Below are positions 17,910 to 45,261 of a stretch of DNA of 64,000 bases, one piece after another. The notes beneath the pieces were generated by a model, which was given only the letters and a program-made list of their open reading frames with translations, did no database searches and was not told where the DNA came from. Within the stretch, counting starts at the first letter, position 1, and the number at the start of each line of letters is the position of its first letter. Both the position numbers and the translations under genes were made by a program. This DNA is from the human T2T-CHM13v2.0 reference genome, Homo sapiens, in assembly GCF_009914755.1 (NCBI RefSeq), contig NC_060947.1; one strand, written 5' to 3'.

Positions 17910-19139
17910 AAGATGCCATGTTAAAGTTTTATTAAGTTTCAATACAAAACATTCCAAAAAGTGAAAAGTGATCTATAATACCCAAGTTCTATGTTCAACT
18001 ACCAGTTAAACAAGGAAAACATTTTCTGTATCATTCTGTTTTACAACCAGTATAAACCCAGAAGAATCAAGATCTGATTCCTTTTCCACACATCTGCTAG
18101 GTCAGTAAACTATCAAACAGGTATCTGGTCATTTTAACATACTCCTTATATTCCTATTTGGTACAATCTCTATATCCTATACTATCTTCAAGATATCTAA
18201 ATATCTTAAATATTTAGGGTATCTCAAGAGCCAGAAGGTCCTCACAGAAGCGTTAACCCAAGTAATCGTAAGAGTATAGAAAGATTGGGCTAAGACAACT
18301 ATGGAGTGCAAAAACCACATAAATTTGGTCATTACCCTTGTGGTCTGTGATTAGTAGTAGGTTGTCAAATGAGAGTTAAAAATGTTGTATTATCCCTAGT
18401 TGCAAATGTTCCAAATAAGACAGTGCCATAACTACACGACAAAAACAAAAAAAAAATCATATAAGTTGGGTTAGTTCCTCTAATCCAACAACTCAAGTCT
18501 GTTTCCTTTGAGAACATTATACTATTGGCTCTAGTCTCCAAACCAATAAAAAACTAAAACTTGTTTCCAAGACTGGGAGGTAAAGTAGGCTTATAAAACA
18601 ATACAGCAAAAGAAAGCCAAGTGGCCTAATTGTTTCCAGTGTGCTTGCCATCTTAGCATGGTTACTTTCCAGATGTCACTCATAAGTTTTATTCTACAAC
18701 TAAACTGTTTGTGGATAAGCCACCACCAAAAAATGTTTCACTTACTGACAGACACTTCACTAGATACAGCTACCACTTATATCCATCATTTTTATAATTC
18801 AACTTAAGTTCTAAATTGAAGAGTTGTCCCCATGACTTTAGCTAAACAAAATGAAAGCCAAAGCTGTAAAATCTATGTGAAGAACCACAAGAACTTCCTG
18901 ACTACCTCCACTTACCAATTTCCTTAATTACTTCCCCTTTTCCATTTGGTCAATTACTTGCTTTAAGTAACTACCAGTCACTCCCTAGTTATGAGTGTTA
19001 ATCAACACTGATGCCTTCCTCAGATCCACAGGAACCCCTGAAGGCAAAATCTATTGCCTGCACCAAACCAATTCTGACAGCACTGCTTATGCAACTGTAG
19101 TGACTTATTGACAATCAGCCGCCTTCTGCTTCAACAACT
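17910..19139 (-). other. RBMX: RBMX distal terminal exon (non-coding), end approximate
   Basis: Acceptor TTTTTCATTTTACAG at 19141-19140. Repeat-free AT-rich 1.2 kb ending at AATAAA 17933-17928. Confidence 0.7.
17928..17933 (-). terminator. RBMX: Distal RBMX polyadenylation signal AATAAA
   Basis: tttatt on + strand, followed in sense by CATCTTTTTTTGTGG (U/GU-rich downstream element). Confidence 0.75.
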
Positions 19140-19663
19140 CTGTAAAATGAAAAACATGGGATCCTGTTACATAGTATTTGTTTTACTGTAAAGTACTTCC
19201 CCCCAAACTATCATTTAAATATATACTTTTTTGTTGCTTTAGCTGAAAATAAAAGTAACTGCTTTAAAAAGCAAGCAGGCGCAGTGGCTCACGCTTGTAA
19301 TCCCAACACTGGGAGGCCGAGACAGGCAGATCACTCAAGGTCAGGAGTTTGAGACCAGCCTGGCCAACACAGTGAAACCCTGTCTCTACAAAAAGTACAA
19401 AGATTAGCCGGGCACGGTGGTGCACACCCGTAGTCCCAGCTACTTGGGGAGTCTGAGGCAGGAGAATCGCTTGAACCTGAGAGGCAGTGAGTTGAGAAGC
19501 CATCTCAAAAAAAAAAAAAGAAAAAGAAAAAAAGAAAAAAAAAGAAAGCCGCATGCAGTGGCTCACGTCTATAATCTCAGCACATTGGGAGGTCGAGGCG
19601 GGCGGATCACCTGAGGTTAGGGGTTCAAGACCAGCCTGGCCAACAGTGAAACCCTGTCTACTA

Positions 19664-19945
<282 letters not shown>

Positions 19946-19975
19946 TCACAAGGTCAGGAGATCGAGACCATCCTA

Positions 19976-20194
<219 letters not shown>

Positions 20195-20325
20195 TTACAT
20201 ACTATGTCGTCATTATGTCAATGTCAATAAAATTATGTTAAACAGGGAGCTTGCAGCCACAGTTGCATCATTAACTCCACATTTAGTCAATTTGTATTGT
20301 AGCTATGCAAATGAGCAAGCACTAA

Positions 20326-20674
<349 letters not shown>

Positions 20675-20990
20675 TGAGCAAACTTCTTACGTGTGTACTT
20701 CCTTGTTGAGAATGCTTGCATATGAAGAGCTATAAGCAAGCTTTATGGGTTCAAAAATAGCTAAGAATAATCTCATGAATGAGCCAGACTCACGGAAATG
20801 TAACCTCACTCTAAATTCACAATGAATGTGTCAGGCACTACACATTAAAGCACTTAACTTCATCAATTCCAAGCAGCGTTTTCTTTTACAGATGAAGTGA
20901 GGACCACAATAACTTGCCAATGTCACAGCTAAACTAAATGGTAGTTACACAACATTTAAACCTTCAAAGGCCATTGCTTTCAACACTTAC

Positions 20991-21068
20991 CTTAGCATTT
21001 CTTACTGCCAGCTTTATCTACTGTGAATCAATCAGCACTCCACGACCATAATGAGCAAAATCACCAAC
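20991..21068 (-). other. RBMX: RBMX alternative distal 78-nt exon (stop-containing / poison-type)
   Basis: Acceptor TTTATTTAACTTTTGCAG and consensus donor AAG|GTAAGT. Reads G-W-stop after exon 8 in the main frame, and VGDFAHYGRGVLIDSQ-stop in the +1 frame (matches my recollection of the short RBMX isoform C-terminus). Confidence 0.85.
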
Positions 21069-22201
21069 CTGCAAAAGTTAAATAAATGAAAACTAGTTAT
21101 CTCTCTTAAGGAAATTCTTTTAAAACTTGCCTATTACTGCCCTCTTTTCCAGAAAGAAAAGGCAAGTTCAGACTTGCAGCTTAATATATTTCATGTTCTA
21201 CTATTTGTCTTAAGTGGTGGAAGATTCACTGGCTCGGGATGGACTGGAATGGCTTAAATTGTTAAGTTGCATGGCTTATGGATTGTCATTCTGTTCCAAT
21301 GGTGCACTGCCACGTTAAATCCATAAGTTGAACGAACAAAACTTATTTGAAGGAATAAGTGCAGTATAAGGATTTTTAGTTGGAGGTCTTCAAGTTTACT
21401 ATATTCAAGAGCATCTTTTTCAACTTCATGGCTGGACCTGGGTCATGCTGCCTCAGGTTTTGCTTTTTAAAGACCACTTGCAATAGATTTTCTCCATACA
21501 GTGTAGTTTCATAGAACTAAAAACAAGTCAGGCATCCAACTAAATGTCAAGTTTGCAATGGCTTACAGGGGTAAAAAGGGGGACCCCAAACTTAAGCCAT
21601 TTCCTATATTGACTAAAAGACTAATTTGAAAAAAATGTTAAAAACATACGAAGCATGTTTAAAGGTCTTCATCAAAAATGGACTTTGAAAAAAATACCCC
21701 CTCCCAAGCCCCAGATCGCCATTGGTAAACAACAGCTCTATTAATAAAGCCTTTAAGTGTCACACATGCTTTAAAAAAAAAAAAAAAAAATCCAAGTGTT
21801 GAATTTGGAGGACTTCTAATACGCTATTGAATATTTCTTTTTTCCAAAAGTTTTTTTTAATCTAGAAGGCATTTCCATTGCCTTGAGGTACAGTATGTTT
21901 CACTGTACTATGAGGAAGGTAAGTGTTCAATTTCGACTTAGACGGAAAAACTAGTTTGCTTTGCTTACCATCTTTGCTGTTTCACAGGCATTTGATGCTT
22001 TAAATCTGATGTGGAATGCTGATAGATTCACTTTTTAGAAGTCATAAGCCTTTAGGAAGTTGGAGATAACTTCATTGCTTATCTATTTTCTCCTTTGCAA
22101 TCAAGCTGTTCCTTTAAAAGTGAGACACTACAGAGTTGCAAAAATTTGAAACAGTAAGAGCAAGCACCTTTGCAGCTTCATGGTTGGTTTTGGCCAAACT
22201 T

Positions 22202-22207
22202 TTTATT
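22202..22207 (-). terminator. RBMX: Proximal RBMX polyadenylation signal AATAAA
   Basis: tttatt on + strand ~660 nt past the stop codon, followed by U/GU-rich sequence in sense orientation. Confidence 0.8.
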
Positions 22208-22864
22208 TAGTATTCTGTAGTTGTTTAACACACACTTAAATGGTCTTATTGGGGGAAGGGAAAGGGGAGGTTCTTGCAGATTCCCAAGGAAATGTCAGAA
22301 AGGCAAAATGGCCAGCATTATCCATTTGCTTTTTTGGGTTTACTGGGTGAATAGCACTTTCCTTACATAGGCATGTGATTTCAGGTTTTTCGTACTGAGA
22401 ACATTGAGATTTCAGTTGGAAGACACCCTGAAATCTTATGAGTAGCATACCCCAACCACCCTCTAATAGCTAGCTTGTTTGTATAGGTAGAATGATTCAT
22501 CTCTCCATTTTAGATGGCTAGATGTTTTGTGGAAGATCTTAGAATTGCCTGCCTCATTTGCTGGGAAAAATCAGATAGGAAGTGGCCTTTAGGGGATACT
22601 TTTACTTGGAAAGTTACAACACTAGTACAAGTCTTAACACATTTAACATTTGCTTGTTGAAAAGCAATGCGAAAGTCAAATAAAATTAAACATGTTTTAC
22701 TTTTTTCCTCACAAGAACATAAAAATTATGGAGGGGAACTTAACAGGGAATTTAAAAAAAGTAACACAATTTTTCCTTTTAGTAGTCCTTGGGTAGTTAT
22801 GATAGAATAGTTTCCACTTTTTGTTTCTTTGAACTGGGATTTTGGTCCAAAGTTTTGTTTGTTT

Positions 22865-28199
<5,335 letters not shown>

Positions 28200-28659
28200 T
28201 TACCTCACTGCAAAAAGTTCCTCAAGTTTATTGGACACTTTTACTTTCGCACATTTCTCATATTTTCCACTAAAACCATTGTTCCTTAATAACTAAAGAA
28301 AACGATAACGAGCTAAGCCTCAGCCACAGTAGGAAGCAATTTGAACTAAGTAGTTTAGTAACACTGCAATTTACATAAAACTGGTTAAAAGGGCCAACTT
28401 AACTTTTACCACTACCCTTGATCACCCTTAGCTGTTCTTAAGCAACAGCTGCTTAACATTTGAAAAAGCAACTTTTAGTTCCAGTCCTCTTGCCTTTGAA
28501 AGATTCAATTACTCATCACACCCTTCCTAACGATGGTTTTAAAAGACTCCCAAGGTCACAGGCTAGACACAGGACCTTAACACCAAGCCCTCTTCCAACG
28601 ACTCCTCTTTTCCTCATTAGGATTCCCTACTAAATCCAAGGAGAAATGTGAAGTTTAAG

Positions 28660-29780
28660 CCAAGTTATGCCGCCCCTCTTCTTCACCGGCCCCCGCCCTA
28701 CCGAAAATTCTACTATCCGGCCAAAAAGATAAAAACAAATCGTCAACATCGTTTGCTATTAAGTAACGGAACGCGGACGCACACACTAACACTCGACACT
28801 CCGTGACTGCAGCGGAACCTAATTAAAACTCGTCATTAAAAACCGCGTGTAAAAGACAAAATGGCGACACTTGGATTCAACCCAGAACCACCGACACTGG
28901 TCAGGGGACTAACTTTTACCACCAACATTGGCTGGGAACATTCAGAGGGCTTCTTCTCCGGGGCCGCCAATGAATACGAAGCCCGCAGCCCGCATGGAAG
29001 TCCACATGCCCATCATTAGCGCCAGCGCCATACCAATGCAGGTATCGCCGTGGTGCGGTCGCTCCTCGCCCCGCTCCAGCCTACAAAGCCCCGACCTCCG
29101 CTACCAACTCCCGCAGATGGCAGCCAAACTTTCTCGAGAAGCATACAACCAAACGGGCCCCCTCATTTGTTTTCCCTCGACCCCCTCAGCTTTATTTAAA
29201 TAGGTCGGAACCTTTGGGTTCTTAAAATGGCGCCCGCCACCCCCATCTCCAGGGAGATATAATCCCCAGTCCTAACACGGGGAGAGTGTCACGAAAAACG
29301 GACTGAGGAAAGGAGACACGTACCGGAGGGGTGACAATGGGTTCAAGCTCCAACGAGCTCGGCGATAGGGGCTTCCTAGCAGCTCAGCACCAGTGGCGGC
29401 TGCCGGGTGCGAGGACCGAACCGCGAAGCCGCTAGCACTACTGCGCAACGAGGGCGAACAAAGGAGACAGCAAACTTTATACTGCCCGGGAACGAGGCTG
29501 AAGGACCCGGATGGAAACGGAGCTTAGAATTTGAAACGCAAAGGGAGGGGGGAAGTAGTTCCCAGTCTCCCCATTGGCTGGCTCCTCTGTCATTCACCCT
29601 TCTCTCCTCCCTTTTTCCCGGGCCCTCGGTGTTGGGTCGACAGACCTTTCTAACCGTTTTCTCTACCCCCACCCGTTCTTTACAAACGCGCTTTTTTTGC
29701 TTTACGCTAAAATGGTGCACAGGCTTCCTTTAATAAAGAACTGAAGTTTATTGAGCGTCCTAGTGGGCCGGGCACGGTGC
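28660..29780 (-). promoter_or_regulatory. RBMX: RBMX CpG-island promoter
   Basis: High CpG density. TATAAAG at 29481-29475 (-), CCAAT (-) at ~29573-29577, YY1-like AAAATGGCG at ~28858 and ~29224, GC box ~28692. Confidence 0.9.
29324..29450 (-). other. RBMX: RBMX non-coding exon 1 (5' boundary approximate)
   Basis: Donor CCTCCG|GTACGT at 29324/29323. Lies in a CpG island ~30 nt downstream of a TATAAAG on the minus strand. Confidence 0.85.
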
Positions 29781-30111
29781 AAAACTTTACTTTTACTTTT
29801 CCATTAACTCTTCTAATTGTCAAAATGTGATGAGGGTAGATACTCCTACTATACCAATTTTGCAGAAACGGAAAACAAAGAAGTTTTGGCAATATAATAT
29901 ATTTTCAAAAATTGTCTTTAACAAGTGTTTTTAGTGAGTGTGGGAATTTCTGATAAATACATGTAAATTTCAGATGAGTAAAAAACGTACAAAACAGCAT
30001 GCAGATAGTACATTCATATAGAACAATTACTGAGCACCTTGTAAATGGTGGGCTCTGGGCTAGGCCAGGAAAATACAACTCCAGGGAAAAGACAAGAGTC
30101 AGGCCTGTGGG

Positions 30112-30945
<834 letters not shown>

Positions 30946-31491
30946 CTTGTTGAGGGGGGAAACCAAAAAATTTTTTAATTTTTTTCTTAAAGAAATTGAA
31001 TACAATTAACAAAAGAATGGCATGTTGTGATTAATGCCAGGGAGGAAATAAACTAGTTGCTTTGATGGACAATATTAGGGAGAACAAATTTGATTAAAAC
31101 ATCAGGGAAGGTCTATGTGAAGAGGTGACTTTGGAGATCAGAGCTGAAGGAAGAAAAGAAACTAGCTATGGGAACAGCTGAGGGAAAAACCTTCAGGAAA
31201 AGAAGAGAATAGTAAACACAAAGTAGAGAGGAAGAGCTTGGCATATATCAAGGGACAGAAAGAGGGCCAGGTGACAAGAATATGAGGGGCATGAAATGAG
31301 GGAGCCAAGATTGGCAGGACCTTTGAGCCCATTAAATGACTGTAGGGGGTAAGTGTGGGAAAAAGGACACTAATAGGGCTGTGGGAGCAGACCAGAAAGA
31401 GAGGATGGTGGCTTGAATCAGGGTGGCGGCAGTGGACACGGGGAGGAAAGAACAATTGTTAGATGAATATGATAGGTATCGTGTTTAATGG

Positions 31492-31852
31492 TGCTATGGT
31501 CTAAATGTTTGTGTCCTCCCCCAAATTCATATGTTGAAATCCTAATACCCAAGGTGATGGCATTAGGAGGCGGGGATTTGGGGAGAAGATTAGGTCACAA
31601 AAGGGTAGGGTCCTCATGAATGGGATTAACACTTTTATAAAAGAGGCCCCTGTCCACCATGTGAGAACACAGTGAGGTGCCACTTATATGAACCAGAAAA
31701 CTGGTGGTGGTGGGCCCTCACCAGACACTGAATATGCTGGCGTCTTTATCTTGGACTTCCCAGCCTACAAAAATGTGAGAAATAAATTTCTGTTGTTTAT
31801 AAGCCAGCCAGTTTATGGTATTTTGTTATAGTAGCAGGAATGGACTAAGACA
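31492..31852. mobile_element. MaLR LTR (MLT1A/MST-type)
   Basis: TGCTATGGTCTAAATGTTTGTGTCC...AATAAATTTCTGTTGTTTATAAGCC...GGACTAAGACA. Confidence 0.85.
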
Positions 31853-32277
31853 GATGGGAAAGGGGTGGGGAAGAATTGCGGAAAAAGAAAATCATTATGG
31901 ATGACTCCAAGTATCTGGTATTAGTGGGACAGATGGTAACAGTCATTTACCAAAATGGTTTCAGAGGAGCAAGTTTGGGATATAGGGGCAGAAAAATCTG
32001 AAGCTCAGAGCATAGATCTGTGCTAAATTATCATCTCAGAGATGTAATAAAAGCCATCAGAATGAATGAAACCACCAAACAAGAGAGTACAGTGGGAAAA
32101 GAAGGCCCAAGATCACATAATATGAGCTATTAAAAAAATACATATGGAGACAAAATAACTGGGAGGAAATATGCCAAAATGTTACCAGTTTATCTTGGAG
32201 TGGTAGAATTTATGGACAATTTTCACTTTTCTTCTTCTTCTTCTCCTTTTTTTTTGTTTGTTTTTTTGTTTTTTTGA

Positions 32278-32382
<105 letters not shown>

Positions 32383-33313
32383 TGAGTAGCTGGGATTACA
32401 GGCATACGCCACCATGCCCGGCTAATTTTGTATTTTTAGTAGAGACAGAGTTTCACCATGTTGGCCAGGCTGGTCTCAAACTCCTGACCTCAGGTGATAC
32501 GCCCGCCTCGCCCTCCCAAAGTGCTGAGATTACAGGCCTGAGCCACCGTGCCGGGCCTTTTCTTCTTCATAGTTACAATTACCTGCCCATGGTGAATTTT
32601 GGTATATGCCAGGCAGGTTGTAGTAAATAATATTCAGGTCACGGGTAAAAGCCCCCAAGGAGCTTCGAAACCAGCTCTGAATTATTAACATTAATAGGGG
32701 GAGTAATGCCCAGTAGGACAAGAATATTTGTTCTTGTTTTTTTTCCCCCAGCCAAATAATAAAAAGTAAGGCAAAACTCATGTCCATTTGCCTTTTGAAT
32801 GAGTTCTGTAAATTATAGACTCTGGAGTCATTTGGGAACTGGCAAAAATGGCTTAAATACCAGGCTCAGCAAGCAGAACTTGTACTCCCAGAGGTAGCCA
32901 GGAGAAATCCCTCACCCTGTGGAAGCAGGCACTCTCTTTCTCTGTCTCAAATCCAAAGAGAGACTACAGGACTCTCCTCTAGGCTCTGAGTGTAAATCAG
33001 GTCTCCTCTAGTCTAGGGCAAAATGGGGCAGGCTCGACAATAGATAACCCTGTCCTCCTGGGTCTCAAAAAGGAAATGTGCATCCCCGTAGACCAGCTCA
33101 CTTTGGCCTCTGCAGTTCACACCCAGGAATGTGGGGGAGGAGAAGTAGCATGCTGGCGGTGTTGGATGCAAACACAATTCCCAAGGACCAAAAGCGAGTG
33201 GGTGGGGTGGGGATGGCTAAGTTAAAGGAATTGTAGGAGGGGATCAGTTGGCCATATCGTCCAGGACAGAGAGGAAAAAGAAGCAGCTTGTGGGGGAAGC
33301 AGAGTGCTACTGA

Positions 33314-33577
<264 letters not shown>

Positions 33578-34213
33578 TGATCCACCCACCTCGGCCTCCC
33601 AAAGTGCTGGGATTACAGGCGTGAGCCACTGAGCCTGGCCGAGAGGGGAGCCTTTTTAAGAGGTGGAGTAAGGTAATCAGATTTCATCTTAATGAGATTA
33701 CTGTGGTTGCAGTCTGGAGACTGTATTGGGGGAGGGAGAGACAGGAAGCAGGGAGACAAATCAGAAGGGTATTGCTGATGTAATGCAGGAGAGGGGGGAC
33801 GTGGGCGTGCTGAGTGTGAGGGACTCTGGCCAACAGGCAGTTGGATAAGCAGGTCTCACACTGCCCAAAAGTAATTTCCGAATCCCATCCCTCCTCCTCA
33901 TGGATCTTCTAGATTTTTCTCTTTGCCTCTTTCTATTTACTCTTTTATATTGTCATTAAATGTAGTTGCGTTTTTCTCTTTGCTATAATTTTCCCTTTGC
34001 CTTATTATTTTGTCTTCAGATGCCATCTCAGTGATCGACGGATACACTGAGTCAAACGATATTACTTCACTACTAGGTAATCTTGGAATATAATCAGTGC
34101 TAAATAAATGGCTGAATTGACTTGCAAGCTCTTCTTATTCTTCATGGCACTTAGCATGAGATGGGTGCATAGGAAGTTTTTATTTTATTTTATTGTATTT
34201 TATTTTAATTTAA

Positions 34214-34339
<126 letters not shown>

Positions 34340-35420
34340 TGAGTAGTTGGGATTACAGGTGTGCACCACCACGTCTGGCTAATTTTTTTGTATTTTTAGT
34401 AGAGATGGGGTTTCTGGTCTCGAACTCCTGACCTCAGGTGATTCACCTGCCTCGGCCTCCCAAAGTGCTGGGATTACAGCCGTGAGCCACCACACTTGGC
34501 TGGAATTATGTAATAAATACTGGTGGCCTTGTCTTAAATCCTGATTTAATTTCAAGGGGCTCATATTTTATATTAAAAAAGGAAAAACAATAAACAAACC
34601 CATACTTTTAAAAGTTGCAACCAATTAAATTTAAGAAATAACCTTTCAGGCCGGGCACAGTGGCTCATGCCTGTAATTCCAGCACTTTGGGAGGCTGAGG
34701 TGGGCAGATCACGAGGTCAGGAGATCGAGACCATCCTGGCTAACACGGTGAAACCCTGTCTCTACTAAAAATACAAAAAATTAGCTGGGCGTGGTGGCGG
34801 GTGCCTGTAGTCCCAGCTACTCAGGAGGCTGAGGCAGGAGAATGGCGTGAACCCAGGAGGTGGAGCTTGCAGTGAGCCGAGATCACACCACTGCACTACA
34901 GCCTGGGCCACAGAGCGAGACTATCTCAAAAAAAAAGAAAAGAAAAGAAAAAAAGAAAAGAAAAGAAAAAAAGAAAAAAGAAATAACCTTTCAGTCATCA
35001 AACATCAAACTAGGAATCACTCTGGGATGAGTAAACTGAAGTTCTCCTGTCAGGCTTGCATTTTTACAGGAAGGGCATTCGTAATGTCACTCTGTTTCCA
35101 GTTATGCTTGTTCTCCAAACTACAGAAAGATAACCCTGCCACATGTTAAAAAAAAAAAAGTCTGTAATCTTGTGCAAAGCAGGAAGGAAGAAGGGAAGGA
35201 AGAAGTAGATGTGATTAAAAATTGGGAAACTTTCCAAACCACTTTAAGTAGCCACCATCCAGAAGATAGCCTACTTAGCTTAGCTACAAAGAGCAAGAAA
35301 TAAAAACTTTTTAACCAACATATGGCTCTGGTATCTATCTTGGAACTGACTAAATAAAGATAAAATTCTACTGTATCTTTCTCCACAATGAAGGAGATGA
35401 TGCATTTTAACCAAACTTCA

Positions 35421-36193
<773 letters not shown>

Positions 36194-36371
36194 TCAGCTC
36201 AAAGATTTAAATGTAAACAATAAAACCATTGAAGACTAGAAAAAAATGGGTAGATGCTTTTATAATCTTGTCATGAAGACGATTTATACATTTATTCATT
36301 CTTTTAGCACATATTTTTTCAATGCCTACTATGTGCCAGCACTGTTTTAGGTGCTGGGAATACATCAGTGA

Positions 36372-38704
<2,333 letters not shown>

Positions 38705-38747
38705 TAAATAAGTAAATTAGAAGTATGTTTGAATGTGGAAAGTGCTA

Positions 38748-39221
<474 letters not shown>

Positions 39222-39281
39222 TCATGAGGTCAGGAGATCAGGACCATCCTGGCTAACACGGTGAAAACCCCGTCTCTACTA

Positions 39282-39470
<189 letters not shown>

Positions 39471-39479
39471 TCACACATG

Positions 39480-41400
<1,921 letters not shown>

Positions 41401-41409
41401 CACTAGCCT

Positions 41410-41630
41410 AGCTAAGAACATGGACTCTGGTGATAACTGCCTGGCTTGAAGCGCAGCTCTGCCACTTCCTAGCTGTGTGAATTTGGGCAAATCCATAATC
41501 TCTCTCTGCCTCAGTCTCCTCATTTACAAAATGGGGATAGTCATATTTATAGGAAGTGTGAGGAGTAATATTCACAAAGCATTTAGAACCATTCCTAGAG
41601 CACAGAAGCACTATATTAATTGTTAGCTAT
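41410..41630 (+). mobile_element. MIR SINE
   Basis: GCCTCAGTCTCCTCATTTACAAAATGGGGATA core. Confidence 0.85.
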
Positions 41631-42281
41631 CAATAATGATAGTGGATGGCTGGGTGTGGTGGCTCATGCCTGTACCCATCACTTTGGGAGGCCAAGGCGG
41701 GAGGATTGTTTGAGCCCAGGAGTTCAACACTAGCCTGGGCAACATAGCAAGACCCCATCTTATTTAAATATTAATAAAAAATGATAGTGGATTGACTGTG
41801 GGGAATGGGGGCAGAACCAAAGGTGATTCCAGGTTTTGGCATGAGCTATTGGATGTTTTTTTGAGATACTAGGGTGACAAAACCTCAGTCTTGGTGGAAG
41901 CCACTAATTCATTGTCTACATCAACTGGAAAAAGTCACAGATTTTCAATGGAGTAGATTGAGTCTATTATAAAATTCATGATCACAGATGTCAAATGACA
42001 GATCCATATATCACCTAACAATTCTACTTTACATCTTTGGTCAATTCACTCTCCTACCTTCTGCAATCATTTTTGTTAAACCTATTCCATTCTTCTGTAA
42101 CCTTCTACTCCAGCACCAAGTCCCCCCTGCACTCACACTTTTAATATTTGACCCAAACTCCTATTTTACAGAGAAAAAAGAAGCCATCTGATAGGAACTC
42201 CCTTATCTTCTGGTTACCAAACATATATATCTACCCAGTTCTGTACCCATCCTATCTTCTTTTTCTCCTGCTACACAGAAT

Positions 42282-42482
42282 AGTGATTCCCAAAGTGTTG
42301 TTAGTTCCCCCAGAATAGCAGCATCAACACCGCCTGGGAAGTAGTTAGAAATGCAGATTTGCAGCCTCATCCCCAACCTACAGAATCACAAATTATGGGG
42401 TAGGGTGAAGGAAGGGGCAGCATTCTATGCTTTAACAATCCCTCCAGGAAAATTCTGGTGCACTCAGGTTAGAGAACCACTG
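42282..42482. mobile_element. MER5A hAT DNA transposon
   Basis: CAGCATCA..CCTGGGAA..GTTAGAAATGCAGAT...GAGAACCACTG. Confidence 0.8.
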
Positions 42483-43310
42483 CAACAGAAAAAAATAATA
42501 CCTCCTTTCATCTAAGGCCTACCCTTCTACTTGTGCTTCAGATAATGTTCTCTCTGCCTTTTTTTTTTTTTTTTTAAGAGGGAGTCTCACTCTGTCGCCC
42601 TGACTGGAGTGCAATGGTTTGATCTCGGCTCACTGCAACCTCTGCCTCCTGGGTTCAAGCAATTCTCTCGCCTCAGTCTCCTGAGTAGCTGTGATTACAA
42701 CCACCCACCATCATGCCCGGCTAATTTTTGTATTTTTGTAAAGATGAGATTTCACCATGTTGGCCAGGCTGGTCTTGAACTCCACCCACCTCGGCCTCCC
42801 AAAGTGCTGGGATTACAGGCGTGAGCCACCACGCCTGGCCGTGTCTTCTTAAGAATTTTATATCATTAATTGTTCTTTTTTTCCCTCCTGTGTATTCAAC
42901 CACTCCTTCTCAACTGGAACTTTCTTGTATACATAAACATGCTCAAACCTTTCTCATATACAAAAACTCCTCTCTTAATGGTTCATGTCCTTCTAGTTAC
43001 CTCATGATAGTTTTCCTCTCCTCCACAGCCAAACATCTTAAAAGAGTCGTCAGCATAAAAAATAAAGGAAATCCTGCAGTATATGACAGCATGGGTGAAT
43101 TGACATTATGCTAAGTGACATAAGCCAGTCACAGAAGGACAAATACTACATGATTCCACTTGTATGAAGTAGCTAAAATAGTCAAACTCATAAAAGCAAA
43201 GAATAGAATGCTGGTTGCCAGGGACTAGGGAGGGGAGGAAATGTGTAGTTGCTAATCAATGTGCATTAAATTTCAATTATGCAAGATGAGTAAGTTCTAG
43301 AGATCTGCTA

Positions 43311-43641
<331 letters not shown>

Positions 43642-43835
43642 TCAATCAATCAATCAATCAATAAAACATAAAAAGTGCAAATAGTGTCTATTAAATTTTT
43701 ATTTTATTTTATTTATTTTTTAGATACAGGGTCCCACTAAGTTGCCCAGGCTGCTTGAAACTCCTGGGCTCAAGCAATCCATCTGCCTCAACCTCCTGAG
43801 TAGCTGGGACTAAAGATGTGCTCCACTGCACCTAG

Positions 43836-44029
<194 letters not shown>

Positions 44030-45037
44030 TAGTAGAGACAGGGTTTCACCATGTTGGTCAGGCTGGTCTTGAACTTGTGACCTCAAGTGATCCGCCCACC
44101 TCCCAAAGTGCTAGGATTACAGGCATGAACCACCATGCCCGGTCTGTCCATTAGAGTTTTAAATAAGCATACCCTTTTTGTTGTCTACCCTAGAGAAGAA
44201 CCATCATACAGGCCCAGGGGAGCATGTATGAGGCTTTTTTTTTTTTTTTTTGCAGAATTGTTAGTGACTGGGGAAAAAATGAAAACAACTGAAATGACCA
44301 TCAGTAGAGGAATGGCCAAATAAATTATGATATACTCATAATATATAATATCAAGTATCTGTTAAAATAATGCAGTAGTTTATTCTATACATCATGTTAT
44401 ACTATACATAATATGTATATGTAAAACATATATATAAGTATATGTAAAATTATATTATATATGATGATAATATATTACTACTTAGAAAAAAACAGGAAGG
44501 ACACACACCAAACAAATAACAAGGATTACCTCTGAAAGGTGGGGGAGAAGACTAGATTGGTGGCAGTGGTTAAAGGGGATTTTAGTCTTCTCTGTAATAT
44601 ATCAATTTTTAATTTTATTTTATTAATTAATTTATTTTTGAGGCAGGGTCTTGCTCTGTCATGCCACCATGCCCAGCTATTTGTTTTTGTTTTTGTTTGT
44701 AGAGACAGGGTCTCGCTATGGTGCTCAGGTTGATCTCGAACTCCTGTCCTCAAGTGATCTTCCCATCTTAGCCTCCTCAAATGTTGGGATTACAGGCATG
44801 AGCCATCGCACCCCCTCGCCTGTTTCAATTTTTAAAAAGAAGAATATATATACATATATATAGTATATGTAGTACTTATGTTATTAAAAACAAAGCTAAT
44901 GAAAGAAAGGGTTGTCTATACCAACTAACTCCATTTTATCACCTCTCACTCAATTCTCAACCTGCTCCAATTTGGCTTTTATTCTGATCACTTCTCGCAA
45001 ATAGCTCTCTTTCATGTCACCAATGACGTTCACATCA

Positions 45038-45261
<224 letters not shown>

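Noticed and set aside
28928-29733. ORFs of 91-114 aa over the RBMX promoter and intron 1
   Set aside because: Typical GC-rich CpG-island ORFs with no recognisable homology.
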